The notes beneath the pieces were generated by a model. The model searched no databases, was not told the DNA's origin, and was given only the letters and a program-made list of their open reading frames with translations. DNA of 63,701 nt from NCBI RefSeq assembly GCF_001194135.2, contig NC_069000.1:8200278-8263978 (forward strand). The letters run 5' to 3'. Both the position numbers and the translations under genes were made by a program. The stretch comes from Octopus bimaculoides. Lineage: Eukaryota. Below, in pieces: positions 1-11,293 of the stretch; within the stretch, counting starts at the first letter, position 1; each line of letters begins with the position of its first letter.

Positions 1-44
1 ATAAAAGAAATACCTCGAGTATATACATATGTATATATATTTAT

Positions 45-195
45 TCGACGGATTTCTTTCAGTTTCGGTCAACCAAATCCACTCACAAAGCTTTGGTCGA
101 CCTGGGTATAGTAGAAGATAGAAGATACTTTGTGGAACTGAACCCGGGACCACATGGTTGGGAAGCAAACTTCTCATCATACAGCCAAGCCTGTG
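45..195 (-). mobile_element. tRNA-headed SINE, family B (CORE-like middle)
   Basis: Reverse complement reads ...AACCATGTGGTCCCGGGTTCAGTTCC...AAAGCTTTGTGAGTGGATTTGGTTGACCGAAACTGAAAGAAATCCGTCG; the same module recurs at least 8 times in the window. Confidence 0.8.
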
Positions 196-328
196 TCTAT
201 ATAATTGAAGATTTGTATAAATGTGTGTACATTTGTTGGTCTTTGTCTATATATCTATGTATTCATGTATATACCTTTGTATGTATTAAACTGTGTAGAT
301 TCAGTAAGCGCAAACACACACACACACA

Positions 329-371
<43 letters not shown>

Positions 372-609
372 GCGCACACACACACACACACACATGCACG
401 GTTACACACGCACAGAAGTACGCACACATACACACAGACTCATGTGTATATATATGTGTGTATGTGTGTTGTGTGTGTGTGAAAACGTTACTTATATCTG
501 CAAAAGTTTAAGAACTCAGTCCCTTGTCATCATTGTATTTAGTACTCGCTAATCGCCCCCACACACTCAGTAACCCCTGGCAACAGGACAAGCTATTCTT
601 CTGCTTCAT

Positions 610-1160
610 TGAAGTACTACTAACACTCCATGAAATGTCATTAACACTCCATGAAGTAGTTTATAACATTGCAGTGTCATTAACACTCCATGTAGTATTG
701 TACTCACTGTAGGGTCGTTAACATCTCAGTAAAACATCATTTATTTCTGGAGTGTGCTTACACTGCCTTTTATGTTGAAGTGGGGTTCTAATGTAATGTT
801 ATTTACGAGGGAGTGTGATTGAAATGTCGTCCATGCTGGAGTGTGGTTGTAGTGTTGTTCTTTTTGGAGTGTAGTTACAATGCAGTATTGTTCATGCTGG
901 AGTTTAGTTGTACTATATTATCGTTGTTCACTCTGGTGTTCATTGTAGTGTGGTGTCGTTCACTCTGGAGTGTGGTCGTAGTGTTGCCGTTTATGCTATA
1001 GTGTGATTGTTGTGTAGGGTCGTTCACTCTGGAGTGTGGTCGTAGTATAGTGTCATTCCCACAGGACTGCACTTGCAGTATAGAATTGTTCACGCTGTAG
1101 TGTTGTTCATGCTGATGTGTGGTAGTAATTCACACCGGAGTGTGGTTGTAGTGTTGCTAA
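610..1160. repeat. Degenerate minisatellite with ACACTCCA units followed by inverted TGGAGTGT units
   Basis: TAACACTCCATG x3 at about 620-695, then repeated TGGAGTGTGGT(T/C)GTAGT units at about 745-1150. Confidence 0.6.
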
Positions 1161-1224
1161 TATTAAGCTATAGACTGTGAAAATAATGTACATTGTCTTG
1201 AATTGCTTACACTCATGAGTCAAG

Positions 1225-1670
1225 CTCACACATTAGCCAACATGTCTACACATATTAGTCAAGATTAGTCAACATGCCAACACATATTATTCAACATTCA
1301 TCTACGTTCTCACACACATTTCAACATTAGTCAAAATGCCAACACATTAGTCAACATTAATCTGCATTCTCACGCACATTTCAACATTAGTCAGCATGCC
1401 CACATATTAGTCAGCATTAGTCAACATGTCTAGATATATTAGTTAACATTAGTCAACATTAGTCAACATGCCAACGCATCAGTCAACATTAATCTGCATT
1501 CTCACGTACTTTTCAGCATGAGTCAATATGAATCTGCATTCTTACACATTTCAACATTAGTCAACATGCCCCCACATATTATTCAGCATTAGTCAACTTG
1601 TCTACATATATTAGTCAACATTAGTCAACATGCCAACACATTAGTCAGTATGAAACATGCTTAGCAACAT
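1225..1670. repeat. Degenerate minisatellite with core (CA)TTAGTCAACA(TG)
   Basis: Many interspersed copies of TTAGTCAACAT / TTAGTCAGCAT visible directly. Confidence 0.85.
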
Positions 1671-1835
1671 TCTTTCCAGCTTTTCCTGTCCTGAGGTCAA
1701 ATACCACCGAGGTCAACTTAAACCTTCGACCTTCCGAGGGTGATAAAAAAAAAAAAAATAAACAAGTTAATACTGAAGTGGATGGCACCGGCTAATCCTT
1801 TCCCTTTGAAATTGCTGGCCTAGTACCAAAATCTC

Positions 1836-1887
<52 letters not shown>

Positions 1888-1897
1888 GCACGCACAA

Positions 1898-1928
<31 letters not shown>

Positions 1929-2349
1929 CATACATTTATATACAGAGAGAGAAAAGGGCGGAGAGATAGAGGAGAGGAAGAGGGTGGGAGAAAGAGAGAA
2001 AGAGAGAAAGAATGAGAGAGGAAAGACGGTTAAAAATATCCTACACAGGTCAAGAGAATTAGAAACAGAATAATAAAAAGCAATGAAATTCCAATGCTAT
2101 TAAGTCTTCTGTATTGTAATTAACGAAATTATTCCAAAATACATATCTAACTTTATATATATATATATACACACACACACATATAGTTTCCATTTCACTT
2201 GTCGATAATCACTGTACTTTGCAAATATAATGAGTAGTTGTTAATCCCACTTTAAAATAGTGAAAGTACATTTGTCCGTAATCTTCGTGAGTATTTAAAG
2301 CAGACAGCGTTTGTTCCCTCCTTTTTGCTTCTTTCTTTCTAACCATAGG

Positions 2350-2655
2350 CAGAAAGCGTGAAAGTTCAGAGGTAGTGGGTAAATCGATTACATCGTCTCA
2401 GTTCATATTTTATCGAACCCCGAAAGAATAAAAAACGCAAAGTCGATCTCGGCTGAATTTGAACTCAGAATGTAAAACCGGAAGAAATATCGCTATGAAT
2501 TTCGCACGACGCGCTAACGATTCTACCAGCTTACCGCTTTACAGCAGTCAATTTATAATGGGTTCATGTTTTGGTACAAGGCCAGTAATTTTAGGGTAAG
2601 GGATAATCGATTATATCGACCCCATTACTCAACTGGTACTTTACTTTGTCGATCC
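2350..2655 (-). mobile_element. SINE family A: one near-full copy plus a tail fragment
   Basis: Reverse complement of AAGCGGTAAGCTGGTAGAATCGTTAGCGCG...CTGAGTTCAAATTCAGCCGAGATCGACTTTG. Confidence 0.8.
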
Positions 2656-2689
2656 TGAAATTCGTAGTAAGAGTTATTTGGATCGTATT

Positions 2690-2945
2690 TTGCACACTGA
2701 CCAATCCTTAGATTGATGCCCCTCGTCATACTTATACGGGAGCGGAGAAAAAGATAAAGGTTTCCCGGGTTTCCATGGCGTATAAATTCCCTACCTGGAC
2801 GGGACGCTGGTCTCTCATAGGATTACTCATTTTTGCCAGCTGAGTGGGCTGGAGCAACGTGAAATGAAGTGTTTTGCTCAAGAACACAACGCGTCGCCCG
2901 GTCCAGGAATCGAAACCACAGTCTTACGATCATGAGCGGAGTGTG
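2690..2945 (-). mobile_element. tRNA-headed SINE, family C
   Basis: Minus strand shows a B-box-like GGTTTCGATTCC followed by GTGTTCTTGAGCAAAACACTTCATTTCACGTTGCTCCAGCCCACTCAGCTGGCAAAAATGAGT. Confidence 0.75.
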
Positions 2946-3014
2946 GGACCCATGACTGAGTTTGATCTCTGGTTACGTGTCGCGCTTCACATATAGATAT
3001 ATAGCTATTTACAA

Positions 3015-3061
<47 letters not shown>

Positions 3062-3538
3062 GTCATTTGTCTGTCTGTCTGTCTGTCAGCTGTGTGTGTG
3101 TGTGTGTGTGTGTATCTGTGCGCGCGTGCACATCTTTGATTCTCACTGCTTGACAACCGAAGTAAATTTGCTTACGTCATCGTAACGATGTGGTTCGGCA
3201 ATAAGAGATCGATAAATAAATTCCAGAAAGGCGATTTCTTTGACTGAATCCTTCAAAAAGGAGCTACAGCATGGTTGAGCATGGTTGCAGTCTTTTGATT
3301 CAAAGAAGTAATATATGTAGTAATGGTGGTGGTGGTGGTGGTGGTGGTGGTAGAGGTAGAAAGAGAAATATAAATAAATCAATTATGTAATTATGATTGT
3401 ATCTGTATAACTATATATGTGTATAGCCATGTGTAGATATATATGTAATCTCAGAGCCATGTGTATGTATATTGGTAGTCGTATTAATAAAAGAAAATGC
3501 CGTTGGAGAAGGAAGCCAAATAGAGATATGTACATACG

Positions 3539-3569
<31 letters not shown>

Positions 3570-3786
3570 GCGTATGCACAACATGGCGGAAGTCATGACT
3601 AGCAATGAAGTTAAGAGAGTTTTACGTATGTAATTGGTCAGAGCGAAACTCTGTTGGCCTTTGTTGGTAAATCAATGTTTGATCAAAGAGAACACGGAAC
3701 CGACTGCCGAGATCTGGCATCGATTTAAGAAACATATTCTTTGATTGCCAATGCTCCTCAGTGCAACTGTATATCGAAGATATCTG

Positions 3787-3864
<78 letters not shown>

Positions 3865-3887
3865 CATCATCATCATCATCATCATCA
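3787..3887. repeat. Composite trinucleotide microsatellite (CAT)n-(TAT)n-(CAT)n
   Basis: Read directly; it produces the poly-H/Y, poly-M/I and poly-D/N ORFs in the track. Confidence 0.95.
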
Positions 3888-4183
3888 TTACTGTTTGCTT
3901 CGAATCTGTTTCGTATATAAGGAAGAACTAAAGCTACTTGAAAGGAATGACGTAAGGAAGATGAAAGGAAATGATAATAAGAAAGGATAATATCTTTATT
4001 ATTATTTCTTTTAATGTGAGGCATGAAATTTTTGAGTGCTGACAAAATGGTGAAATTGTAAGATTTATGTATTTTTGAAATGTATAAATTTACAACAAAA
4101 GTGATAGGTTCCAGCTGTGAATCGAAACTACATCGAACAATTCATTTGGAGATGATTATAACCATTATTGTTAAGGCAGCGAA

Positions 4184-5010
4184 AGGCGGTGAGCTGGCAG
4201 AATCTTTAGCACGTTGGACGATATGTTAAGCGGTATTTCGCCCGTCGCTGCGTGCGTTCTGAGTTCAAATTCCACCGAAGTCGACTTTGCCTTTCATCCT
4301 TTCGGGGTCGATAAATTAAGCACCAGTGAAACACTTTAATCGTCTACCCACTCCGCCAAATTTCAAGCCTTGTGCTTCTAGTAGAAAGGATTATTAAGGC
4401 GGCGAGCTGGCGGAATCGTTGGCACGCCGGGTGAAATGCTTAGCGACATTTCGTCCGTCTTCACGATCTGAGCTCATTTTCCGCCGAGATCGACTTTGCC
4501 TTTCATCTTTACGGAGTCGATCAATTAAGTACCAGTCAAGTACTGGGGTCGATGTAATCAACTCACCTCCTTCCCCCAAAATTTCAGGTTTTTGTGCCTA
4601 CAGTAGAAAGAATTATTAAGGAAGCGAGCTGGCTGAATCGATAGCACGCTTGACAAAATGCTTGGTGGCATTTTGTCCACCTTCACGTTCTGGCGTCAAG
4701 TGTTGCGAAGCCGACTTCGCCTTTCAGCCTTTCAGAGTCGATGAAATAAGTACCAGTAAAATACTGGGGTCAGTATAATCGACTAACATCCTAACCCCAA
4801 ATTTCAGGCCTTGTGCATATATAACAGAAAGGACTTTTATTCAGACAGCGAGCTGGCAGAATCGTTAGAGCGGCGTACAAAATGATTAACGACATTTATT
4901 CCGGCTCTTTATATTCCGAGTTCAAATCCCGTCGTGAGCCGAGGTCAGTTTTTCCTTTCATCCTTTCGGGAAGGATAAAAGAAACACCAGTGGAACACTG
5001 GGATCAATGT
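4184..5010 (+). mobile_element. Four head-to-tail SINE family A copies
   Basis: Heads (A)GGCGGYGAGCTGGCAGAATC start at about 4184, 4397, 4619 and 4843; the copies carry a B-box-like GAGTTCAAAT or a decayed version, and the GTCGACTTTGCCTTTCATCCTTTCGGGGTCGAT module. Confidence 0.88.
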
Positions 5011-5348
5011 AATCAAAATTATTTGAAGTTATTATTATTATTTTCATGATTAAGTGCGAGGAGGGGCAGTAGGATAACCCTTGTTGGGGCCCTGAAACTC
5101 AGAATAGAAACCTGCTCTCATCGTTTACAACAGGGTGGCTTCCACTTAATGGTATAGAGCAGCTGACAGTGTACAAAGCCATCTACTACTACTACTACTA
5201 CTATTACTACTACTGTCTTCCACGATAGTTAACATTCAAGTACCAAGTCATATAATTTCAGAAAGCGACCCTGTGAAACCTCTGACAGCAAGTTGCTGTC
5301 CGCCCTCACAGAATCAACCAGAGTTGATAAGACTGAGAGGTTTGAGAA

Positions 5349-5384
<36 letters not shown>

Positions 5385-5595
5385 CCTTTCTTCTATAAGA
5401 ATTTGAACTTAATATAAGAATAAACAACATGTGTATTGGTTTGCCATCAGTCTCTTTTGAGAAAACAGTTGATTAATTTCGATCGGCTTTGAAACGTTTG
5501 GACAAACGTTAGACGCCAAGTATAAGTAAACGTAATACAATTAGGAGATACAATAACATATGTAATTCATGTAACTATATGTGTGCGCATCTATG

Positions 5596-5626
<31 letters not shown>

Positions 5627-5868
5627 NNNNNNNNNNNNNNNNNNNNNNNNNNNNNNNNNNNNNNNNNNNNNNNNNNNNNNNNNNNNNNNNNNNNNNNNNN
5701 NNNNNNNNNNNNNNNNNNNNNNNNNNNNNNNNNNNNNNNNNNNNNNNNNNNNNNNNNNNNNNNNNNNNNNNNNNNNNNNNNNNNNNNNNNNNNNNNNNNN
5801 NNNNNNNNNNNNNNNNNNNNNNNNNNNNNNNNNNNNNNNNNNNNNNNNNNNNNNNNNNNNNNNNNNNN

Positions 5869-5911
<43 letters not shown>

Positions 5912-6680
5912 GTGTTTAAATCTGTTACAATGTAACGTAAATAATGTTTTTCTTTTTAAGTACAAACAAAAAGGCAAAAAAATGACAATGCTAATATTTC
6001 CTCTGATGTCAACTCGTTAATAGATTTTATCTACAAAATGTCTGTCATTCGTTTTTCATATAATAAAATGATCTATATTATATTCTTATATAAGTAAACG
6101 CAATACAATTCTAATGTCGAGCAAGCTATGTGAGAGTGTGTGTGTATGTATATGTGTAAGCATACATGTATGTGTATACAGATGTGTGTATAATCTGTTT
6201 TGGGGTTGACTTTACTCGATGAAAAAATTAGTTGAGATCAAATAAATGACAACATATCGTGGAGAGCGAATTCACTTAAACATTTTTCAATATAATTTCT
6301 TTGTAGAATTCCCGTATTTGTTCGGTTGTTGTATGAAATCTCAAACTGACTAACTACTCTCTGGCATTTAGTTGCGACAGAACGAAGATATTGGTTCACT
6401 TTCTAGTTTTAACTATGCTCTCTCTATATTTCCTGCCTGTTTGCTCATATTACCATTTAATATATTAGCAAAAGAATCCAGCTTATTATTAGAAAATAAA
6501 TATTCCAATCTATGGAACACAACAGATGGAAACGTTTTTCTTTTTTTCCTGAGAGATATCTCTGAGAATTGGCAATGTCTAAAAACGAAAATATCGACAA
6601 GAAAAATTATATTAAAAAATCTAATATTCTTTTTATTTTTCTCTCTAATCAAAAAGAAAACTTATCAATGAATGGCGCAG

Positions 6681-6832
6681 TAAGAGGTCTTCGATTTGAA
6701 CTCGTTGGAGTACTATACGCGTACACGCACGCACATTTGAGAAAGAGACCAACAGTTACAGGTATCTTGAAATGAACAGCATTGGGAATGACTCAATCCA
6801 GTTGAATTTTATGGCATTTATTTCTCTCTCTC

Positions 6833-6897
<65 letters not shown>

Positions 6898-6970
6898 GTA
6901 ATCGTTGGTCTCTTTCTCAAATGTGTGCGTGCGTGTCGTACTCCAACGAGTTCAAATCGAAGACCTCTTA
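6681..6970. repeat. Long inverted repeat (arms 6681-6765 and 6892-6970) around a spacer containing (TA)n
   Basis: TAAGAGGTCTTCGATTTGAACTCGTTGGAGTAC...ATTTGAGAAAGAGACCAAC..TTACAGGTAT is present on both strands with a few substitutions and one small indel. Confidence 0.92.
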
Positions 6971-6994
6971 ATTTGACGGAGATTGTCGTCAGCA

Positions 6995-7065
6995 GACCGT
7001 CTAGCTTAATGGTGGAATACTCAGCCGTTATTTGAGGAGTGCGGGTTCGAGTCCCGTGGCTGTCA
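6995..7065 (+). tRNA. tRNA-like cloverleaf (GTT anticodon, Asn-like); probably a pseudo-tRNA or repeat-borne tRNA head
   Basis: 71 nt. Acceptor GACCGTC/GGCTGTC (6/7 paired), A-box TAGCTTAATGG, anticodon stem CTCAG/TTGAG with loop CCGTTAT, T-arm GCGGG-TTCGAGT-CCCGT, TTTT at 7075-7078. Defects: C at position 33 and a weak D-stem. Confidence 0.65.
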
Positions 7066-9494
7066 GCTGACAACTTTTCCCGTCTAATAAAACTAAGATA
7101 ACCAATTACTTTCTTGTTTGTAAAACACGATGTGTGTGTGTGCGTGTATTGTCAAGCAATAGACTACAGTTGCGACATGTAGCAGGAGGGGATACTATCG
7201 TCGGTGTTCGCGTTGAATATTACTTATTGTGTAACATTCAACCCAAACTGAAGATAATATTGTGGCCTGTTGTATACTGTCAACTGTAGTACATTGTTGA
7301 ACTTTATATAAAAAATATACCGACGTTATTACTTTCCCTGACTAATATATGCGTGTTTTGTGTCTGACTGTACAGTCGTGATCTTAATCATGTTCACCAA
7401 GAAAGTTTAGGCACTGTTCGCGATTGACAATGAACTTGAAAATTAAGCGAGGAGACTCTAGGTTATTTAGGGGTATTTTTGGTTTAAGCAATCCCAACAC
7501 ATTTCTGGTATTTTTAAAATGATGAAAATGAAATGCATCATTGACTAAACCGTGCTTTGATCTCAGAAGCTGATTCACTGAAGACGATTCCAAATATGCA
7601 ACTAAAGCGGTTTTCCGACCTCAGTATGTCATATCTGTTCACATAAAAGTACATGCATACATACATCATACACACACACATATATATATGCATATATACG
7701 TTCATGTATTCATATATATATACGTACATACAAACCAAAACTAAGATTTATGAAATATCTAAATATTGAAGTTTTTTTGTTTTGTTTTTTTTTGGTCTGG
7801 AATTGAAAGAAATTTAAATCTCGAAATTAATAATACATTTTTCCTTTAATTTTGATATCTAAAAGATGCTTTCAAAAATGAAGTTAGCGGAACATAGGCA
7901 GAATTATGAGGAGGTGAAGATGTGGCAAGGGAGGGAACACATAGTGAAGGAGATGGACTATTGTCAGTCTGTAGCTAAAGCCAGAAGACAAAGAAGAAAA
8001 TAGAAGCAGTAGCAGCATGTGGAAACAGCCAACCCAATCAAATAATTTGATGGATCAGCAGTAAAATTCGTTTTCTTATTTTAGCAGCCATTTGCATGAA
8101 GACAGATACAATTCATCTAATCAGATCTGTTTGATATTTAGCGTTTCATTCGACGCTAATTTGAGGCATTGAATCAACAAATATTTTAATAGACTCGAAA
8201 ATCACACAGTGCCAAACGATGTTTTAAATTATCTTAAAAATATCTTCAAACGAGACCTGAAATACCAGCGCCATCCAATCAGATGAATTCAAAGTAAGTT
8301 TGATTTTTGTCTTTATTCAACAGAAGAAACAGTTCGCAGTCGATCTGTTGACCCCCACCTCCCAATTGGTGAGAAATTTCGATATGTTGCTGTTCTTGTA
8401 TAAACTTTTTTCCGTTGGCGGTCTGTCTGTCCACTTCGTTACATTCTCTCTTCCCCTCGTCTCCTATGTGTAAGAAGTAATATGGGGTAATGGTTAATTG
8501 GGGAAGGTGTTTTTGCTGAGAGGGAAGACGGCCAAATATTCAGTTTAGCCAAAGAACCGTTCCCTGAATGACCGCTTTGTTTAGATATTGTGGAGGGCTG
8601 TTGAGCCTTCGTCCTAAACCAAGATCGTAAAATTTGGAAAACTTGATTCAATTCCACTGCAAGGCATTTGGGGAAAGTAACTTCTACTGGGGTCAATGTA
8701 ATCAACTAGCCCCTAATTTCGGGCCTTAAGCTTATCGTAGAAATGTTTGTTATACGTCTTTGTTCGAATTTTGCTCGGCGTAAAAACTATAGTTGGTATA
8801 CGGTGGTTCGAATCTGCGCAGCAGGCGGTGAATCAAAATAAAATAGCAACATCCGCAGAGTTACCCTGATTGAAAATAGATACCATTTGTGGGGATAGAT
8901 CCCGAGGGGTCCGAGTCAATAAGCTAGAAATTTATTCGCAGAAATTCGCATTTATTCATATAGAGCAATGAATTTGAAAATTTAATACGCAGTTTTGTTT
9001 TACACGTTCAGTATCAAAGGATCCTTTCTAAAAGAAAAATAAGCAGTATCGTTTCTTCGTAGCACTCCCCCCCCCCCCCCCCACCGACATGTATATTAAA
9101 TAATCTTGGTGTTCAGTAGGGGATCATCTACAGTCACTTGTCTGCTAGATATAGCAGTGATGCCTTCCTCACATCCTAACTTAACACCTTAAATAAAGCA
9201 TGTTTTGGACGGCTTAATTCATGATAGAAAAACGTCGAGCTTGTCACAAGTGGAACGCTTTTTGTCATAGGTTTGTTCTATCTGGGCTGATCTAGGCTAT
9301 ACAGCAACAGCAAGTAAACAGTGTATTTCTGCCAACGAGAGAAAACCTCTGCGCAGTCCCCTAACCTGCTGAAACAACAGCCCTCAATCGTATCACTATC
9401 TAATATTATAAAAGGACATACAAGAGATAATACAGTTTTATATATCTCACAACTACACAAGAACACTTTTATTTACTGCATTATCTAACTAATC

Positions 9495-9640
9495 TAGGTA
9501 CAAGACTGGCTGGTTTAGAAGCTCGCTTTTGCAACAACGTGGTTTTGAGTTCAGTTCCATAGTGCGTCACTTTGGACAAGCGTCTTCTACAACGCCTTGT
9601 GAATGAATTTGGTAGACTGAAACTGTGTGGAAGACTGCCG
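9495..9640 (+). mobile_element. Diverged SINE family B copy
   Basis: GTTTTGAGTTCAGTTCC...GGACAAGCGTCTTCTAC...GAATTTGGTAGACTGAAACTG. Confidence 0.65.
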
Positions 9641-9754
9641 AGAGAGAGAGAGAGAGAGAGTATTATACAGGGTGGTGCGCAAAAGAAGTTAGCCCGGGTT
9701 GCATAAAACGTAAATACAGAAATAAATTTACACACACAAATCGCCTAACCTTTC

Positions 9755-9824
9755 GTTTGCAACTGTCATTGTGTTATTTCGACCGAAAAGTAACACGGGT
9801 TCCATAGCATAGTGTAAATACAGA

Positions 9825-9869
<45 letters not shown>

Positions 9870-9923
9870 AGTCGCAGCTCAGCAGTTACAAGCAATCGAA
9901 ATAACACAACGACACTTGCAAAC
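9755..9923. repeat. 28-bp inverted repeat flanking a spacer containing poly(A)
   Basis: GTTTGCAACTGTCATTGTGTTATTTCGA (9755-9782) against TCGAAATAACACAACGACACTTGCAAAC (9896-9923): 26/28 complementary. Confidence 0.8.
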
Positions 9924-10229
9924 AACGAAAAGCTGGGTGCTTTTTCGAATCCGGGCTACTTTTCCGTGCGCCACAGAAATATCCGATAAACGGATTTTAT
10001 GGAAATATGGAAACACCATATACACTTTCACTCGTAGGAACAAGATTGCTCAAGATGTGTATGCTTATATGTATTATGTGTGCATACAGGTGGAAAAGTC
10101 TTCCATTTTGCATGTTGATTTTTTTCCCATATTTTCGTTTTCTTTCTAATAGCGAACGTTTGAAATCCATCTTTAATGTTTCTAAACCTTTCCAGATTTA
10201 TCTTCGGCGGGGTAGTGAAGTGATGTTGT

Positions 10230-10520
10230 GTATTGCTGCCTCTTTATAATAGGATTGTTGGTCCCTCAAGTTCGAGAAAGACGAACCTTCACAGATGATT
10301 TGTTTATAGCGATCGAACGTTTGAGCTGTACATGAGTTCACTCCTTCCATTAAATCGATATTGTCTGTACAGGTGCACGGTGTGTCACATGTCAGGTATC
10401 GAAGTGATCGCAGAGAATTGCAAGATGAAGTGTTTTGCTCAAGAACTCGATGCACCACCCGGTCCGAGAATTGAAACCACGATCTCGCGATTTTATGCAC
10501 AACACTCGAACTACTAAACC
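10230..10520 (-). mobile_element. SINE family C variant
   Basis: Plus strand GAAGTGTTTTGCTCAAGAAC...GGTCCGAGAATTGAAACCACGATCTCGCGA, with the CCTGTACAGGTG-type body also seen at 12.9 kb and 57.5 kb. Confidence 0.72.
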
Positions 10521-10574
10521 ATGATCTTATAATAGGCACAACCAATATACGCAATCAATATTAATACCACAAAA

Positions 10575-10995
10575 ACGTGGTGAGCTGGCAGAGACGTTAG
10601 CACGCCGGGTGAAATGTTTAGCGGTATTTTGTCTGTCTTTACGTTCTGTGTTCAGATTCCGCTGAGGTCAACTTTGCCTTTCATCCTTTCAGGATCGATG
10701 AAATAAATACCAGTTAAGCACTGAGGTCGATGTAATCGACTTACCCGCTCGTCCAAAATTGTGCCTAAAATTTGAAATTATCATTACTATTTTTCTATAA
10801 GGCAGAATCGTTAGCACGCCGGGGAAAACGGTTACCGACGTTTCGTCTTTCTTCACGTTCAAATACTGCAAAGGTCCACTTTGCCTTTCATCCTTTTGGG
10901 TTCGATAAAATAAGTACCAGCTGAGAATCGGGGTCGATATAATCGATTTTCCCCGTTCCCCGAAATTGCTGGCTATGTGCCAAAATTTGAAACCC
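10575..10995 (+). mobile_element. Two tandem SINE family A copies
   Basis: Heads GGTGAGCTGGCAGAGACGTTAGCACGCCGG and AAGGCAGAATCGTTAGCACGCCGG. Confidence 0.8.
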
Positions 10996-11238
10996 ATAAC
11001 CATACCACAGCATAATGACTTGTAGGGACACCGTATTTCGTTATGCAACCATAATATGCTACAGAGTATATTAAACGCTTTTACAAGTCAATACTGTGTT
11101 CGCGGTGCTATTAAATAACTTGTTAAGGTTATCTCTACAGGTTTTCCATAGAAATTAGAGCCAGCACTGATTTGTTACGTTTCGTATCCGAATACGCCTA
11201 ATGTAAACAACAGTGAGATCGAAGAGGGGAAAATGGGT

Positions 11239-11293
11239 AACGAGCGTATATGCCATATTTCAGGAGTTTTTGCTCCTTCATCAGCGACTCATC
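11239..11293 (-). ncRNA. Type I minimal hammerhead ribozyme (PLE/retrozyme type)
   Basis: Minus strand: GATGAGTCG-CTGATGA-AGGAG CAAAAA CTCCT-GAAA-TATGGCATATA^CGCTCGTT. Core intact, 5-bp stem II, near-palindromic stem III, AUA cleavage triplet, 8-bp stem I with one bulge. Confidence 0.82.

Noticed and set aside
3622-3786. Minus-strand frame ISSIYSCTEEHWQSK...DQLHT after a CAG
   Set aside because: The acceptor has no pyrimidine tract (it follows (GAT)n), there is no donor, and no motif is recognisable.
8294-8323. Plus-strand consensus donor GTAAGT and strong acceptor
   Set aside because: Only 30 nt apart, too short for a normal intron. It shows that strong splice-like signals arise by chance here, which is why exon confidences are kept low.
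9666-9720. TA-CAGGGTGGTGCGCAAAAG Tc1/mariner-like terminus
   Set aside because: No matching opposite TIR or transposase sequence seen nearby.
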